NCBI GenBank assembly: GCA_963600595.1
Contig: CAVCCB010000001.1
Coordinates: 1-48,388 of the forward strand
Origin: Subdoligranulum sp. APC924/74
Lineage (GTDB): Bacteria > Bacteroidota > Bacteroidia > Bacteroidales > Bacteroidaceae
Reading direction: 5' to 3'
DNA length: 48,388 nucleotides
Positions 8,448 through 17,779 of this stretch are shown here, piece after piece. The notes beneath the pieces were generated by a model. The model saw only the letters and a list, made by a program, of their open reading frames with translations. It searched no databases and had not been told where the DNA came from. A program made the position numbers and the translations under genes. Every line of letters starts with the position of its first letter. Within the stretch, counting starts at the first letter, position 1.

Positions 8448-9342
8448 TAAGAACTATATCAGGGGCTGGATGTTCGTGGCGATGTGCCTCGCATCCTGCA
8501 CAGAGAAAGAGAAGGAGTATGATGCCACGGGCACCTTCGAGGCCACGGAGGTGACGGTGGCGGCGGAACAGAACGGCAAGCTCTTGCAGCTCGACGTGAA
8601 CGAGGGCGACAGGATAGCGGAGGGCAGACAGGTGGCACTGACAGACACTGTGCAGCTCTATCTGAAGGCACGGCAGATAGGAGCCACCAAACTGGTATAT
8701 GCCTCCCAGCGTCCCGACATGGACAAGCAGGTGGCGGCGACACGCCAGCAACTCGCCAAGGCAAGGGAGGAGTATGACCGCTTCGCCGCATTGGTGAAGG
8801 ACGGTGCCGTCAACCGCAAGAACCTCGATGACGCACGCAGTCAGGTGCAGGTGCTGGAGCGCCAGTTGGAAGGCCAGCTCTCCTCTCTCCATACCTCCAC
8901 CAACAGTCTGAACGCACAGATGGGCACCACCGATGTGCAGAAGCTCCAGGTGGCAGACCAACTGAGGAAATGCCACGTCACCGCCCCCATCACAGGCACT
9001 GTGATAGAGAAATACATGGAGTGCGGCGAATTCGCCTCCGTGGGCAAGCCCCTCTTCAAGATGGCAGACCTCGCCCATGTGTTCCTGCGCGCCTACATCA
9101 CCTCCGCCCAACTCAAGAATGTGAAGATAGGGCAGCAGGTGAGAGTATTCGCCGACTATGGCGACAATGAGAAGAAGGAATATCCGGGCAAGGTGACCTG
9201 GATCTCGCCCCAGTCGGAGTTCACGCCCAAGACCATCCTCACCGATGATGAGCGTGCCGACCTGGTGTACGCCGTGAAGATAGCGGTGAAGAATGATGGC
9301 TATGTGAAAATAGGAATGTATGGAGCGGCGAAGTTTGAGTGA
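8440..9342 (+). CDS. HlyD-family periplasmic adaptor lipoprotein
   Basis: Lipobox CLASC, GTFEATEV, APITGTV, SEFTPKTI, KIGM. Confidence 0.9.
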   Translation: MNNKNYIRGWMFVAMCLASCTEKEKEYDATGTFEATEVTVAAEQNGKLLQLDVNEGDRIAEGRQVALTDTVQLYLKARQIGATKLVYASQRPDMDKQVAATRQQLAKAREEYDRFAALVKDGAVNRKNLDDARSQVQVLERQLEGQLSSLHTSTNSLNAQMGTTDVQKLQVADQLRKCHVTAPITGTVIEKYMECGEFASVGKPLFKMADLAHVFLRAYITSAQLKNVKIGQQVRVFADYGDNEKKEYPGKVTWISPQSEFTPKTILTDDERADLVYAVKIAVKNDGYVKIGMYGAAKFE

Positions 9343-10810
9343 GGCTGCCATTTCCGTGCAGCACGTCTCCAAGCATTATGGCAAGGTGGAGGCGTTGAGA
9401 GACGTGAGCTTCTCCGTGGGGAAGGGAGAGATCTTCGGCCTCATCGGACCCGACGGGGCAGGCAAGACCACGCTCTTCCGCATCCTTGCCACGCTGATAC
9501 TGGCAGACAAGGAGGCATCTTCCGCCAGTGTGAGCGTCGACGGGTTCGATGCGGTCAGGGACATGGGGGAGATCAGGAAACGGGTGGGATATATGCCCGG
9601 CAAGTTCTCGCTCTACCAAGACCTCTCCGTAGAGGAGAACCTGACCTTCTTCGCCACGCTCTTCGGCACCACCGTTGAGGCTGAGTACGACCACATCAAG
9701 GCAATCTACTCGCAGATAGAGCCTTTCAAGACTCGCAAGGCGGGAGCGTTGTCGGGCGGCATGAAACAGAAACTCGCCCTCTCGTGTGCCTTGGTTCACA
9801 AGCCCAGTGTCCTTCTGCTCGACGAGCCTACCACCGGCGTGGATCCCGTGAGCCGGAAGGAGTTCTGGGACATGCTCGAAACCCTCAAGGAACGGGGCAT
9901 CACTATCGTCGTGGCGACACCCTACCTCGACGAGGTGCGCCGTTGCCACCGTGTCGCCTTCCTGCAAGAAGGGATGGTGATGGGCATCGGGAAGCCTGAC
10001 GAGATTCTTGAAACGTTCAAGGAGGTGTTCTGCCCTGAGGGAGTGAAGAGCGGGGAGAGAGACGTGAATAACTCTGATGAACTCTCCATAGAGGTTTCCC
10101 ATTTGATAAAGGCATTCGGCTCTTTCCATGCAGTAGACGACATTTCCTTCTCCGTGAAGCGGGGGGAGATCTTCGGCTTCCTCGGTGCCAACGGGGCGGG
10201 CAAGACCACGGCGATGCACATCCTCACCGGACTGAGCCAGCCCACGGGCGGCAGCGGACGGGTGGCGGGCTGCGACATCGCCACGGAGTATGAGCAGATC
10301 AAGAAGCACATCGGCTACATGAGCCAGAAGTTCTCGCTCTACGAAGACCTCACCGTGCGTGAGAACATCCGCCTCTTCGCCGGCATCTACGGCATGAGCA
10401 ACCGGGACATCAAGCGCAAGACGGAGGAGTTGCTCGACCGGTTGAAGTTCACTGACCATGGCGATGACATCGTGGCGAGTCTCCCCTTGGGATGGAAACA
10501 GAAGCTCGCCTTCTCCGTGAGCATCTTCCACGATCCCGAGATTGTGTTCCTCGACGAACCTACGGGCGGTGTGGATCCCGCTACGCGCCGCCAGTTCTGG
10601 CAACTCATCTACGAGGCGGCAGACCGCGGCATCACCGTCTTCGTGACCACCCACTACATGGACGAGGCAGAGTATTGCGACCGCATCTCCATCATGGTGG
10701 ACGGCAAGATCAAGGCGATGGGCACGCCAGAGGAACTGAAACGCGGTCTGCACCAGCCCGACATGGACAGTGTGTTCACCTATTTAGCAAGACAATCGAC
10801 AAGACAATGA
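9320..10810 (+). CDS. ABC transporter ATP-binding protein with two NBDs (YbhF-like)
   Basis: Two Walker A motifs (GPDGAGKT, GANGAGKT), LSGGMKQK and LPLGWKQK signatures, two LDEPT motifs. Confidence 0.92.
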   Translation: MERRSLSEAAISVQHVSKHYGKVEALRDVSFSVGKGEIFGLIGPDGAGKTTLFRILATLILADKEASSASVSVDGFDAVRDMGEIRKRVGYMPGKFSLYQDLSVEENLTFFATLFGTTVEAEYDHIKAIYSQIEPFKTRKAGALSGGMKQKLALSCALVHKPSVLLLDEPTTGVDPVSRKEFWDMLETLKERGITIVVATPYLDEVRRCHRVAFLQEGMVMGIGKPDEILETFKEVFCPEGVKSGERDVNNSDELSIEVSHLIKAFGSFHAVDDISFSVKRGEIFGFLGANGAGKTTAMHILTGLSQPTGGSGRVAGCDIATEYEQIKKHIGYMSQKFSLYEDLTVRENIRLFAGIYGMSNRDIKRKTEELLDRLKFTDHGDDIVASLPLGWKQKLAFSVSIFHDPEIVFLDEPTGGVDPATRRQFWQLIYEAADRGITVFVTTHYMDEAEYCDRISIMVDGKIKAMGTPEELKRGLHQPDMDSVFTYLARQSTRQ

Positions 10811-11892
10811 AGCAGTTTATATCTTTCGTCATCAAGGAGGCGCGCCACATCCTGCGCGACAAGCGTACGATGCTCATCCTCTTCGGGATGCCCATCGTCC
10901 AGATGCTCCTCTTCGGCTTCGCCATTTCCACCGACGTGAGGGATGTGCGCACTGCAGTGGTTCTCACCTCCGTGGACCACGAGACACAGCGGATGGTGGA
11001 GAAGCTCGGTGCCAACGAATATTTCGACATATTATATAAGGTGCGCACAACGAACGAGGCGGAACGGCTCATCAGAGACCAGAAGGCAGACATCGCCGTG
11101 GTGTTCTTGAGTAAAGAGAGGAGAGTGAAGGGGGAAGTGACCAACGCCATCGTGCAGGTGATAACCGACGGCACCGACCCCAATATGGCTCAGATGTACG
11201 CCAACTATGTGATGCAGATCTTGAATGGAGTGAAGAGCCATTCTTCACCCTTCACGCTTCGTTCTTCACTCCTCTTCAATCCCCAGATGCGGAGCAGTTA
11301 CAATTTCGTGCCGGGCATCATGGGCATCATTCTGATGCTCATCTGTGCGATGATGACGAGCATCAGTATCGTGAGGGAGAAGGAGAGGGGTACGATGGAG
11401 GTGCTACTGGTAAGTCCCGTCCGTCCGCTGAGGATTATCATCGCCAAGGCGGTGCCTTACCTGATGCTCGCCTTCGTCATCCTCACCTCCATCCTGCTCA
11501 TTGCGAAGTATGCGCTGATGGTGCCGCTGGCGGGCAGTCTCTTCTGGATCTATGCCGTGTCGGGCATCTACATCCTCCTCGCCCTCTCGCTCGGTTTGCT
11601 CATCAGCACCATCGCGAAGACGCAGCTCGTGGCACTCCTCATATCGGCGATGATGCTCATGATGCCGTGCATCCTGCTCAGTGGCATGATCTATCCCGTG
11701 GAGAGCATGCCCAAGATATTGCAGTGGGTCTCTGCCGTCATTCCTCCGAGATACTACATCTCCGCCATGCGCAAGCTGTTGGTGATGGGGGTGGGCGTGG
11801 ACAAGGTACTGCAGGAGATGGCCGTGCTCTCGGCAATGACCCTCATGCTGCTCACCGCTGCCCTGCTGAAGTTTAACAAAAGACTCGAATAA
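10807..11892 (+). CDS. ABC-2 type permease (YbhS-like)
   Basis: ATGA overlap with the ATPase; HILRDKRT, FVPG, REKERGTME, multiple TM helices. Confidence 0.9.
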   Translation: MKQFISFVIKEARHILRDKRTMLILFGMPIVQMLLFGFAISTDVRDVRTAVVLTSVDHETQRMVEKLGANEYFDILYKVRTTNEAERLIRDQKADIAVVFLSKERRVKGEVTNAIVQVITDGTDPNMAQMYANYVMQILNGVKSHSSPFTLRSSLLFNPQMRSSYNFVPGIMGIILMLICAMMTSISIVREKERGTMEVLLVSPVRPLRIIIAKAVPYLMLAFVILTSILLIAKYALMVPLAGSLFWIYAVSGIYILLALSLGLLISTIAKTQLVALLISAMMLMMPCILLSGMIYPVESMPKILQWVSAVIPPRYYISAMRKLLVMGVGVDKVLQEMAVLSAMTLMLLTAALLKFNKRLE

Positions 11893-11927
11893 AGCACTCA
11901 ACATTTAACACTCAACATTCTCTCAAT

Positions 11928-13028
11928 ATGGTTCTCAAATATTTGTTACATAAGGAATTCCTTCAGATGCGACGCAACGCTTTCATCCCCCGTCTCATCG
12001 TGATGTTCCCCATCATGATGATGTGTGTGATGCCGTGGGTGATGAACATGGAGGTGAAGAACATCGTGGTGGACGTGGTGGACAACGACCGCTCTTCCCT
12101 GTCTGCCCAACTGGTGCATCGCATCGAGGCGAGCGACTACTTTGTCTTCGGTGGACAGAAGGAAAGCTACGCCGAAGCCATGGCTGATGTGGAACGCTCC
12201 ACGGCAGATGTCATCGTGGAGATACCTTCCCATTTCGAGCATGATATGAGGCGCGGGGAGAACCCGCAGATATTCGTGGCAGCCAATGCTGTGAACGGTA
12301 CCAAGGGCACCATGGGCAGCTCCTATATGGCGAACATCATCACCGGCCATATCGCTTCCGTTGTGGCGAAAGGTGGGGCGTCTTCCGCTGCAAACTCCTT
12401 GGTTTCCGTACTCTATCTCTATAATAAGTACTTGAATTATAAGGTATTCGTGATTCCTTCGCTGATGGCAATCCTCATCCTCTTGATGTGTGGCTTCCTG
12501 CCAGCCCTCAATATTGTAGGCGAGAAAGAGAGCGGCACTATCGAGGCGATGAATGTCACCCCCGTGAGGAAATGGGAGTTTATCCTTGCCAAGTTGATTC
12601 CTTATTGGCTCACTGGCATGGTGGTGATGACGGTATGTTTTATCCTTGCCTGGGCGGTGTACGGAATCACGTCAGAGGGCAACATCGCTCTGGTCTATCT
12701 CCTGGCGATGCTTCTGGCGCTTGTCATGAGTGGGTTGGGACTGGTCATCTCCAACTACAACGACACGATGCAGCAGGCAGTTTTCGTGATGTGGTTCGTG
12801 GTGATGTGTCTCCTGCTCCTGAGCGGTCTGTTCACTCCTGTTCGTTCCATGCTCCACTGGGCGTATCTCACTACCTATGTCAACCCCGTGCATTATTTCA
12901 TCGATGCCATCCGCACGGTCTTTGTGCGTGGCGGCGACTTCAGTAGCATTGCCCATCAGGTGCTTGTCTTAGGCGGCTTTGCCGTTGTGATGAACGTATG
13001 GGCTGTGGCGAGCTATCGCAAGAGTTAA
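11928..13028 (+). CDS. ABC-2 type permease (YbhR-like)
   Basis: KEFLQ, GEKESGTIE, LSGLFTP, multiple TM helices. Confidence 0.9.
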   Translation: MVLKYLLHKEFLQMRRNAFIPRLIVMFPIMMMCVMPWVMNMEVKNIVVDVVDNDRSSLSAQLVHRIEASDYFVFGGQKESYAEAMADVERSTADVIVEIPSHFEHDMRRGENPQIFVAANAVNGTKGTMGSSYMANIITGHIASVVAKGGASSAANSLVSVLYLYNKYLNYKVFVIPSLMAILILLMCGFLPALNIVGEKESGTIEAMNVTPVRKWEFILAKLIPYWLTGMVVMTVCFILAWAVYGITSEGNIALVYLLAMLLALVMSGLGLVISNYNDTMQQAVFVMWFVVMCLLLLSGLFTPVRSMLHWAYLTTYVNPVHYFIDAIRTVFVRGGDFSSIAHQVLVLGGFAVVMNVWAVASYRKS

Positions 13029-13044
13029 TGCTCGGGATAAGGCC

Positions 13045-14349
13045 TTAGCGGTACGCCTTGCGGTCTATCTTTCCGTTGAAAGTCCGCTTGACATGGTCCA
13101 CTTGCTCATACTGCATGGGCACCTTGTAGGACTCCAGACGCTCCTTCAAGGACAAAGCAATTTGTCGCTTGTCGAGCATATAATCGTCGTTGAGAACCAC
13201 GAGGAGCTTCAAGACGGTGCCCAGGACGGGATGGTGGGAGGGAATGCAGACACACTCCTTCACGGAAGGAATCGCAGAGGCGGCATCCTCCACTTCCGTC
13301 GGTACGACCTTGTAGCCGCCTACGTTGATGATGTCGCCGTCCCTGCCTTGCAGTCTCAGTCGCCCTTCTTCGTCTATTTCGCCTAAGTCGGCAGTGTACA
13401 GAGTTCCGTCTCCCAGGACGGATGCGGTCAACGCCTCGTCATCCAAATATCCTGACATCAGCGTCTCGCCCTGACAGGCGATATTGCCCTTCTCCGTGAT
13501 GAAGAGGCTTGAGTGGCGCATCGGCTTGCCCAGACATCCGGCGAGGCACTCGTTGTTGTTGTAATCATAGGTGGCGATGATGCCGGTCTCGGTGGAGGCG
13601 TAGGTGTTGTAGAGCCTGCTCTTGGGCAAGACTTGGCATAGCCTCTCCATATCAGAGAGGGAGATGGGGGCGGCACCGGTCTCGATAAACTCTATCTTGT
13701 CCTGGCAGATGGCGAGACGGTTGGCGGAGAATGCCAACAGCATCCTGATGCTTGCCGGGACAAGGAAGGTCGCTACATGAGAGGGGGCATCGTCGATGGC
13801 TTGGAAGAAGGCATTGAGATCTTTCATCCCGTCCACGATGTGGATGGTGCCTCCTGCGAGGATGGTGGGATAGATCTTGGAGAGACTGCCGATGTGGTTG
13901 AGCGGTCCGTTGATGAGGAACGTGAGGTCGGGGTGATAGCCTTGGCTGTCGATGAGGTTCTCGGCATCCGCCAGGATGGCTTGATGGCTCACCACCACTC
14001 CTTTCGACTTGCCTGTGGTGCCTGTGGTAAACAACACGTCGGCAGTGCCCGAAGGCACGACGGCATCTTTGAAGCGTTCCTGGTATTCCTCAAACTGCTT
14101 GTCGGGCATGTCCTTCTCCAAAGGCACACAGATGCCACCAGCTTGGTGGATGGAGAAATAAGTAACGGGGAAGTCGATGCTGGGAGAAGAGCGGAAGGGC
14201 ACCAGTTTGTCCTTGACAGACAGAGCGGCGGCGCACTCGTTTACCCTCTTTGCCAACTGGCGGTAGGTATACGACTTGTCGCCGCAGATTACGGCAATCT
14301 TGTCGGGGTACAGCTCCGCATTTCTTTGCAGGTAGTCTTCCAGTATCAT
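13045..14349 (-). CDS. Class I adenylate-forming enzyme (acyl-CoA/acyl-ACP ligase)
   Basis: LFTTGTTGKSKGV P-loop, YASTETG, TADLG, NVGGYKV, NGKIDR. Confidence 0.9.
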   Translation of the reverse strand: MILEDYLQRNAELYPDKIAVICGDKSYTYRQLAKRVNECAAALSVKDKLVPFRSSPSIDFPVTYFSIHQAGGICVPLEKDMPDKQFEEYQERFKDAVVPSGTADVLFTTGTTGKSKGVVVSHQAILADAENLIDSQGYHPDLTFLINGPLNHIGSLSKIYPTILAGGTIHIVDGMKDLNAFFQAIDDAPSHVATFLVPASIRMLLAFSANRLAICQDKIEFIETGAAPISLSDMERLCQVLPKSRLYNTYASTETGIIATYDYNNNECLAGCLGKPMRHSSLFITEKGNIACQGETLMSGYLDDEALTASVLGDGTLYTADLGEIDEEGRLRLQGRDGDIINVGGYKVVPTEVEDAASAIPSVKECVCIPSHHPVLGTVLKLLVVLNDDYMLDKRQIALSLKERLESYKVPMQYEQVDHVKRTFNGKIDRKAYR

Positions 14350-14570
14350 TTCTCAGCGAGTTTCTTTTCTACGAGTGCCACGATGTTGTCCAGCGAACGG
14401 AAGTTCTTGGGCGTGACATCGGAAGTTTCAAGGTTGATCTTATATTCGTCAGACAGGAGCATCAGGATGGTCGTGATGCCCAAGGAGTCGAGTTCATTGA
14501 ACAGGAAGTCGGAGCCCAAGTCTACCAAGGGAAGTGCATCTTCCAAGATTTTCTTTATTTTTTCTTTCAT
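14346..14570 (-). CDS. Acyl carrier protein (ACP3), coupled to the ligase
   Basis: 74 aa, acidic, ELDSLG phosphopantetheine motif, NFRSLDNI; ATGA overlap with the ligase. Confidence 0.85.
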   Translation of the reverse strand: MKEKIKKILEDALPLVDLGSDFLFNELDSLGITTILMLLSDEYKINLETSDVTPKNFRSLDNIVALVEKKLAEK

Positions 14571-14596
14571 TGTATATCGTTTTGTTATTTGATTAC

Positions 14597-17500
14597 CTAA
14601 ATTGATGTGCCAGACACTGCGGAAATGCGGAGGTTGGAGACGAGTCCCTCGGCGCAATACCTCAGGAGTTCCCTTTTCTCTGCATCTTCCTCTATCGCCA
14701 AGACCTCTTTGTCAGGGTGGACCAAGGCATAGAGCAGGGCTTTCTCGCCATAGCCTGCCGGTTCCACCATTACGGTCTTGTCGGACTGGGGAGAGTCAAT
14801 CCATTCCGCATAGTCGTCATATTTCTTCAGGTTTCGCTTCACGGCGTTGAAGATTTCCGTGCCCTTGTAGCGGTAGCGGTCGAGCACCAGACCGTGATAG
14901 TCGTGTGCGTCTGCCACCTGAGAAGATAGTTTGGCGTATTCTTCTTGATAGATGGAGCCATCTATGGTGTTCGTCCTTCTGCTGATGTGAACAGTCAGCC
15001 GCCCTTGGTAGATGGCGTTGCTGTCTGAGGGCATCACAAGGTCAGTGCCATGGAAGAATATGGGCAGGACGTCCTTGCCGGGATGCTCCTTGAGGATGGA
15101 GAGGTCTTCGTGTATGGAGAGAACGGGCATTTCTGGAGCTAAAGCCTTGAGAATATCCTTTTCCATCTTCGTCCGATGGTTGGCGACGATGATGGCTGGG
15201 CTTGCAAACGTTTCTTCCTCCGGGTTCTCCATGCGGTATTCCATGCCGGGAATATGGCGGTAGTAGTGGCGGGAGAAACATTTTGCCACGATGGCCCATG
15301 CCTTCCTCAGCACAGGGATGAGAGACAAGGGACGGGTCCTGTATTTTCCGTGCTGCTGCACCAGGAACTTGAAGATGAGCGGTGGGAAGATGTATGCCAT
15401 CAGCACCACGGAGAACATTCCGGCGATGGTTACCTCTGCGAGGGAATGGAGGGCGGGATGTCGGGCCACGATCAGTGTGCCTATACCGATGAACATAATC
15501 AAGGCGGAGATGATGATGGAGTGCTTGTAGGATGCCAGCATCTTGCGGCGGTAGGCATACTCATACATCGCTCCTTCCGTCATGAAGATGGTGTAGTCAT
15601 CGCCCTGTCCGAAGATGAAGGTGGCGAGGATGATGTTGACGATGTTGAACTGCATCCCGCAAAGTGCCATGATGCCCAGTATCCACAGCCAACTCACCGC
15701 CATCGGGACGAATGACAGGGTTGCCAGTTCGATGCTTCCGAGGGACAGCCAGAGGAAGAAGAACACGATAAATCCGCAGGCGAAGCCGATGTAGTTGAAG
15801 TCGTTGGAGAGGTGGTTGGCGATGGCACTGTTCATGCTTGCCACGTCAAAGCTGTAGCAGCCTTGTGTGTCGAGGGCTTCCTCCACCGTCTTCACATCCT
15901 TGTCCTTCACCGACAGTACGTTGACGACATGATACTGTCCGTCGGCACTGTCTGTACTGAAATGGGAGGCGAAGAGCGATTTCACGAGCGGGTTGAAGTA
16001 ACTTATCTCCTTGGGCTGGTAACTCTTGCCAAGCAAGGCTTCGAACTCGTCGAAGGAGTCCTCGGCGAATCCCTCTGCCTTCATGTTGGCACGTAGGGCT
16101 GCCGTTATCTTCTCCTTGTTGCGCTTCACGAAATCCTCCCACCGTTGCAGACGGCGGCGTTGCTCTGCCATGGACGTGACGAACTGGGAGCAGGTGGCAT
16201 ATTCGTGGATATCTCCCCGCTGGGTCATCTTTTTCAGGATGGGCTGTAGAGCCTGGCTTTTGTCAAGTGCCCCGTCCATGGTGGTGTCTGAGGAGATGGT
16301 GTATACTTTCTGGTCTTCGCCGCCAAAGGTCATGGTGCGCTGGAAATATTCCATGTCTGACTTCTGTTCGTCGGTCATGTAGTTGATGTGCCCCATGTTG
16401 GCGTCAAACTGGGTCTGGAAACTGAAATAGCCGAAGACGACGGTCAGGATGACCACCACCGTGACGAAGATGGGTTTGTTTTCCAGGGAGACATCGCTCA
16501 ACTTGTCCAGGAACGTGTGTCTTTCCTTCCCGGTTTCCTTTGACAGGTGAGGGAGGTAGACCAACACGAACAGGATAGTGCCGATGAGCAGGAAGGAACT
16601 GAACAACCCCAGGTCGCGAAGGGCGACTGACTGCAATGGCACCAAGGCGAGGAAGGCTCCCACAGTTGTGATGTTTCCCACCAAGAGCGGCATCACGATT
16701 TCCCGTAATGCCTTCCGTTTGTCGGGCGTATGGGAGAGGTGGGCGATGAAATGCAACGGGTAGTTGACGGCGATACCCATGATGACGGACGAAATGCCAA
16801 TGACTATCACCGACACCTTGTCATGGAACAGTGCCAGACCGCCGATGGCGAAGAGCCATCCCCAGGCGATGGAGAAGGCAATGAGGAGGAGGTTGCGCAG
16901 ATTGCGGAACGAGAAGAAGAGCAGTGCCAGAATCAGCGTCACGGAGATGATGATGGTCAGGATGCTGTCCGACTTGATCTGGTGGGCATTGGTCACGGCG
17001 ATGATGGGACCGCCGATGATGTGGATGTCTACGTCCTTTAGTTCTTTCGTTACCTTGTCGGCACAGTTTCTCAGCAGTTTTTCCAGTCGGGCGTTGTTTT
17101 CCGTTTCACTGGATCCGTAGGGGGAGTCCATCATGACGATGGCGCGCTTTAGGTCGGTAGAGAAGATGTGGCCATCGTACATCTCATATTTCACCCCGGT
17201 GTCAGAGCGTTGTAGCTTCTGCACTATGGGTGTGAAGATGTTGAGCGGGTCTCGCTGGATGTTGTCCGACAGAATGCCACCTGCCGGGAACATCAGCATC
17301 TGCTTGTCTTGCTTCAGTTGGTTGGCAATGTAGTTGGGCCAGGCAAGCACACTGTCTATCCGCTCATAGTCCTTGTCAGTGAGAAAATAAGGTATGTTGT
17401 TGTATACGAAATCCGTCACCTCCGCCATCTTCTCCAGGTCCACCTGCGACATGATGTTGCCGGTGATATGGGCGGTATCTGTCTCATTGACCTTCTCCAC

Positions 17501-17779
17501 GAAGTCATCGACGCAGCTTACCAGGACATCGGGGTCTGACTTTGTTGTGTCGCGATACTGGAAGAGGGCAAAGACTTTGTTGGCTCCAGAGATGTCCTGG
17601 TACACCTTCAGGGCGTTCTGGTGCCGGCTGTCCATGGGCAGGAAGTCGGCGATGTCCTCCTTGTAGCTGAGGCGAGACACTGAGAGCAACAACAGCAGGG
17701 TGAAGGCTATGAAAGAGAAGATGCACGTCATGCGGTGCATCTTCATGTAGCCATAGATTCTAAGCACAAGTTCTGTCAT
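14597..17779 (-). CDS. MMPL/RND-family transporter with degenerate C-terminal acyltransferase- and methyltransferase-like remnants
   Basis: Two TM bundles (GIAVNYPLH, GQGDDY), large periplasmic domains; C-terminal IIVANHRTK and GYGEKALLYAL segments. Confidence 0.88.
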   Translation of the reverse strand: MTELVLRIYGYMKMHRMTCIFSFIAFTLLLLLSVSRLSYKEDIADFLPMDSRHQNALKVYQDISGANKVFALFQYRDTTKSDPDVLVSCVDDFVEKVNETDTAHITGNIMSQVDLEKMAEVTDFVYNNIPYFLTDKDYERIDSVLAWPNYIANQLKQDKQMLMFPAGGILSDNIQRDPLNIFTPIVQKLQRSDTGVKYEMYDGHIFSTDLKRAIVMMDSPYGSSETENNARLEKLLRNCADKVTKELKDVDIHIIGGPIIAVTNAHQIKSDSILTIIISVTLILALLFFSFRNLRNLLLIAFSIAWGWLFAIGGLALFHDKVSVIVIGISSVIMGIAVNYPLHFIAHLSHTPDKRKALREIVMPLLVGNITTVGAFLALVPLQSVALRDLGLFSSFLLIGTILFVLVYLPHLSKETGKERHTFLDKLSDVSLENKPIFVTVVVILTVVFGYFSFQTQFDANMGHINYMTDEQKSDMEYFQRTMTFGGEDQKVYTISSDTTMDGALDKSQALQPILKKMTQRGDIHEYATCSQFVTSMAEQRRRLQRWEDFVKRNKEKITAALRANMKAEGFAEDSFDEFEALLGKSYQPKEISYFNPLVKSLFASHFSTDSADGQYHVVNVLSVKDKDVKTVEEALDTQGCYSFDVASMNSAIANHLSNDFNYIGFACGFIVFFFLWLSLGSIELATLSFVPMAVSWLWILGIMALCGMQFNIVNIILATFIFGQGDDYTIFMTEGAMYEYAYRRKMLASYKHSIIISALIMFIGIGTLIVARHPALHSLAEVTIAGMFSVVLMAYIFPPLIFKFLVQQHGKYRTRPLSLIPVLRKAWAIVAKCFSRHYYRHIPGMEYRMENPEEETFASPAIIVANHRTKMEKDILKALAPEMPVLSIHEDLSILKEHPGKDVLPIFFHGTDLVMPSDSNAIYQGRLTVHISRRTNTIDGSIYQEEYAKLSSQVADAHDYHGLVLDRYRYKGTEIFNAVKRNLKKYDDYAEWIDSPQSDKTVMVEPAGYGEKALLYALVHPDKEVLAIEEDAEKRELLRYCAEGLVSNLRISAVSGTSI

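Noticed and set aside
7221..10753. Long minus-strand ORFs 7221-8393, 8434-9372 and 9239-10753
   Set aside because: Antisense shadows of well-supported efflux genes
10492..10806. Extended start of the first ABC permease
   Set aside because: Out-of-frame overlap with the ATPase; the ATGA junction gives 10807
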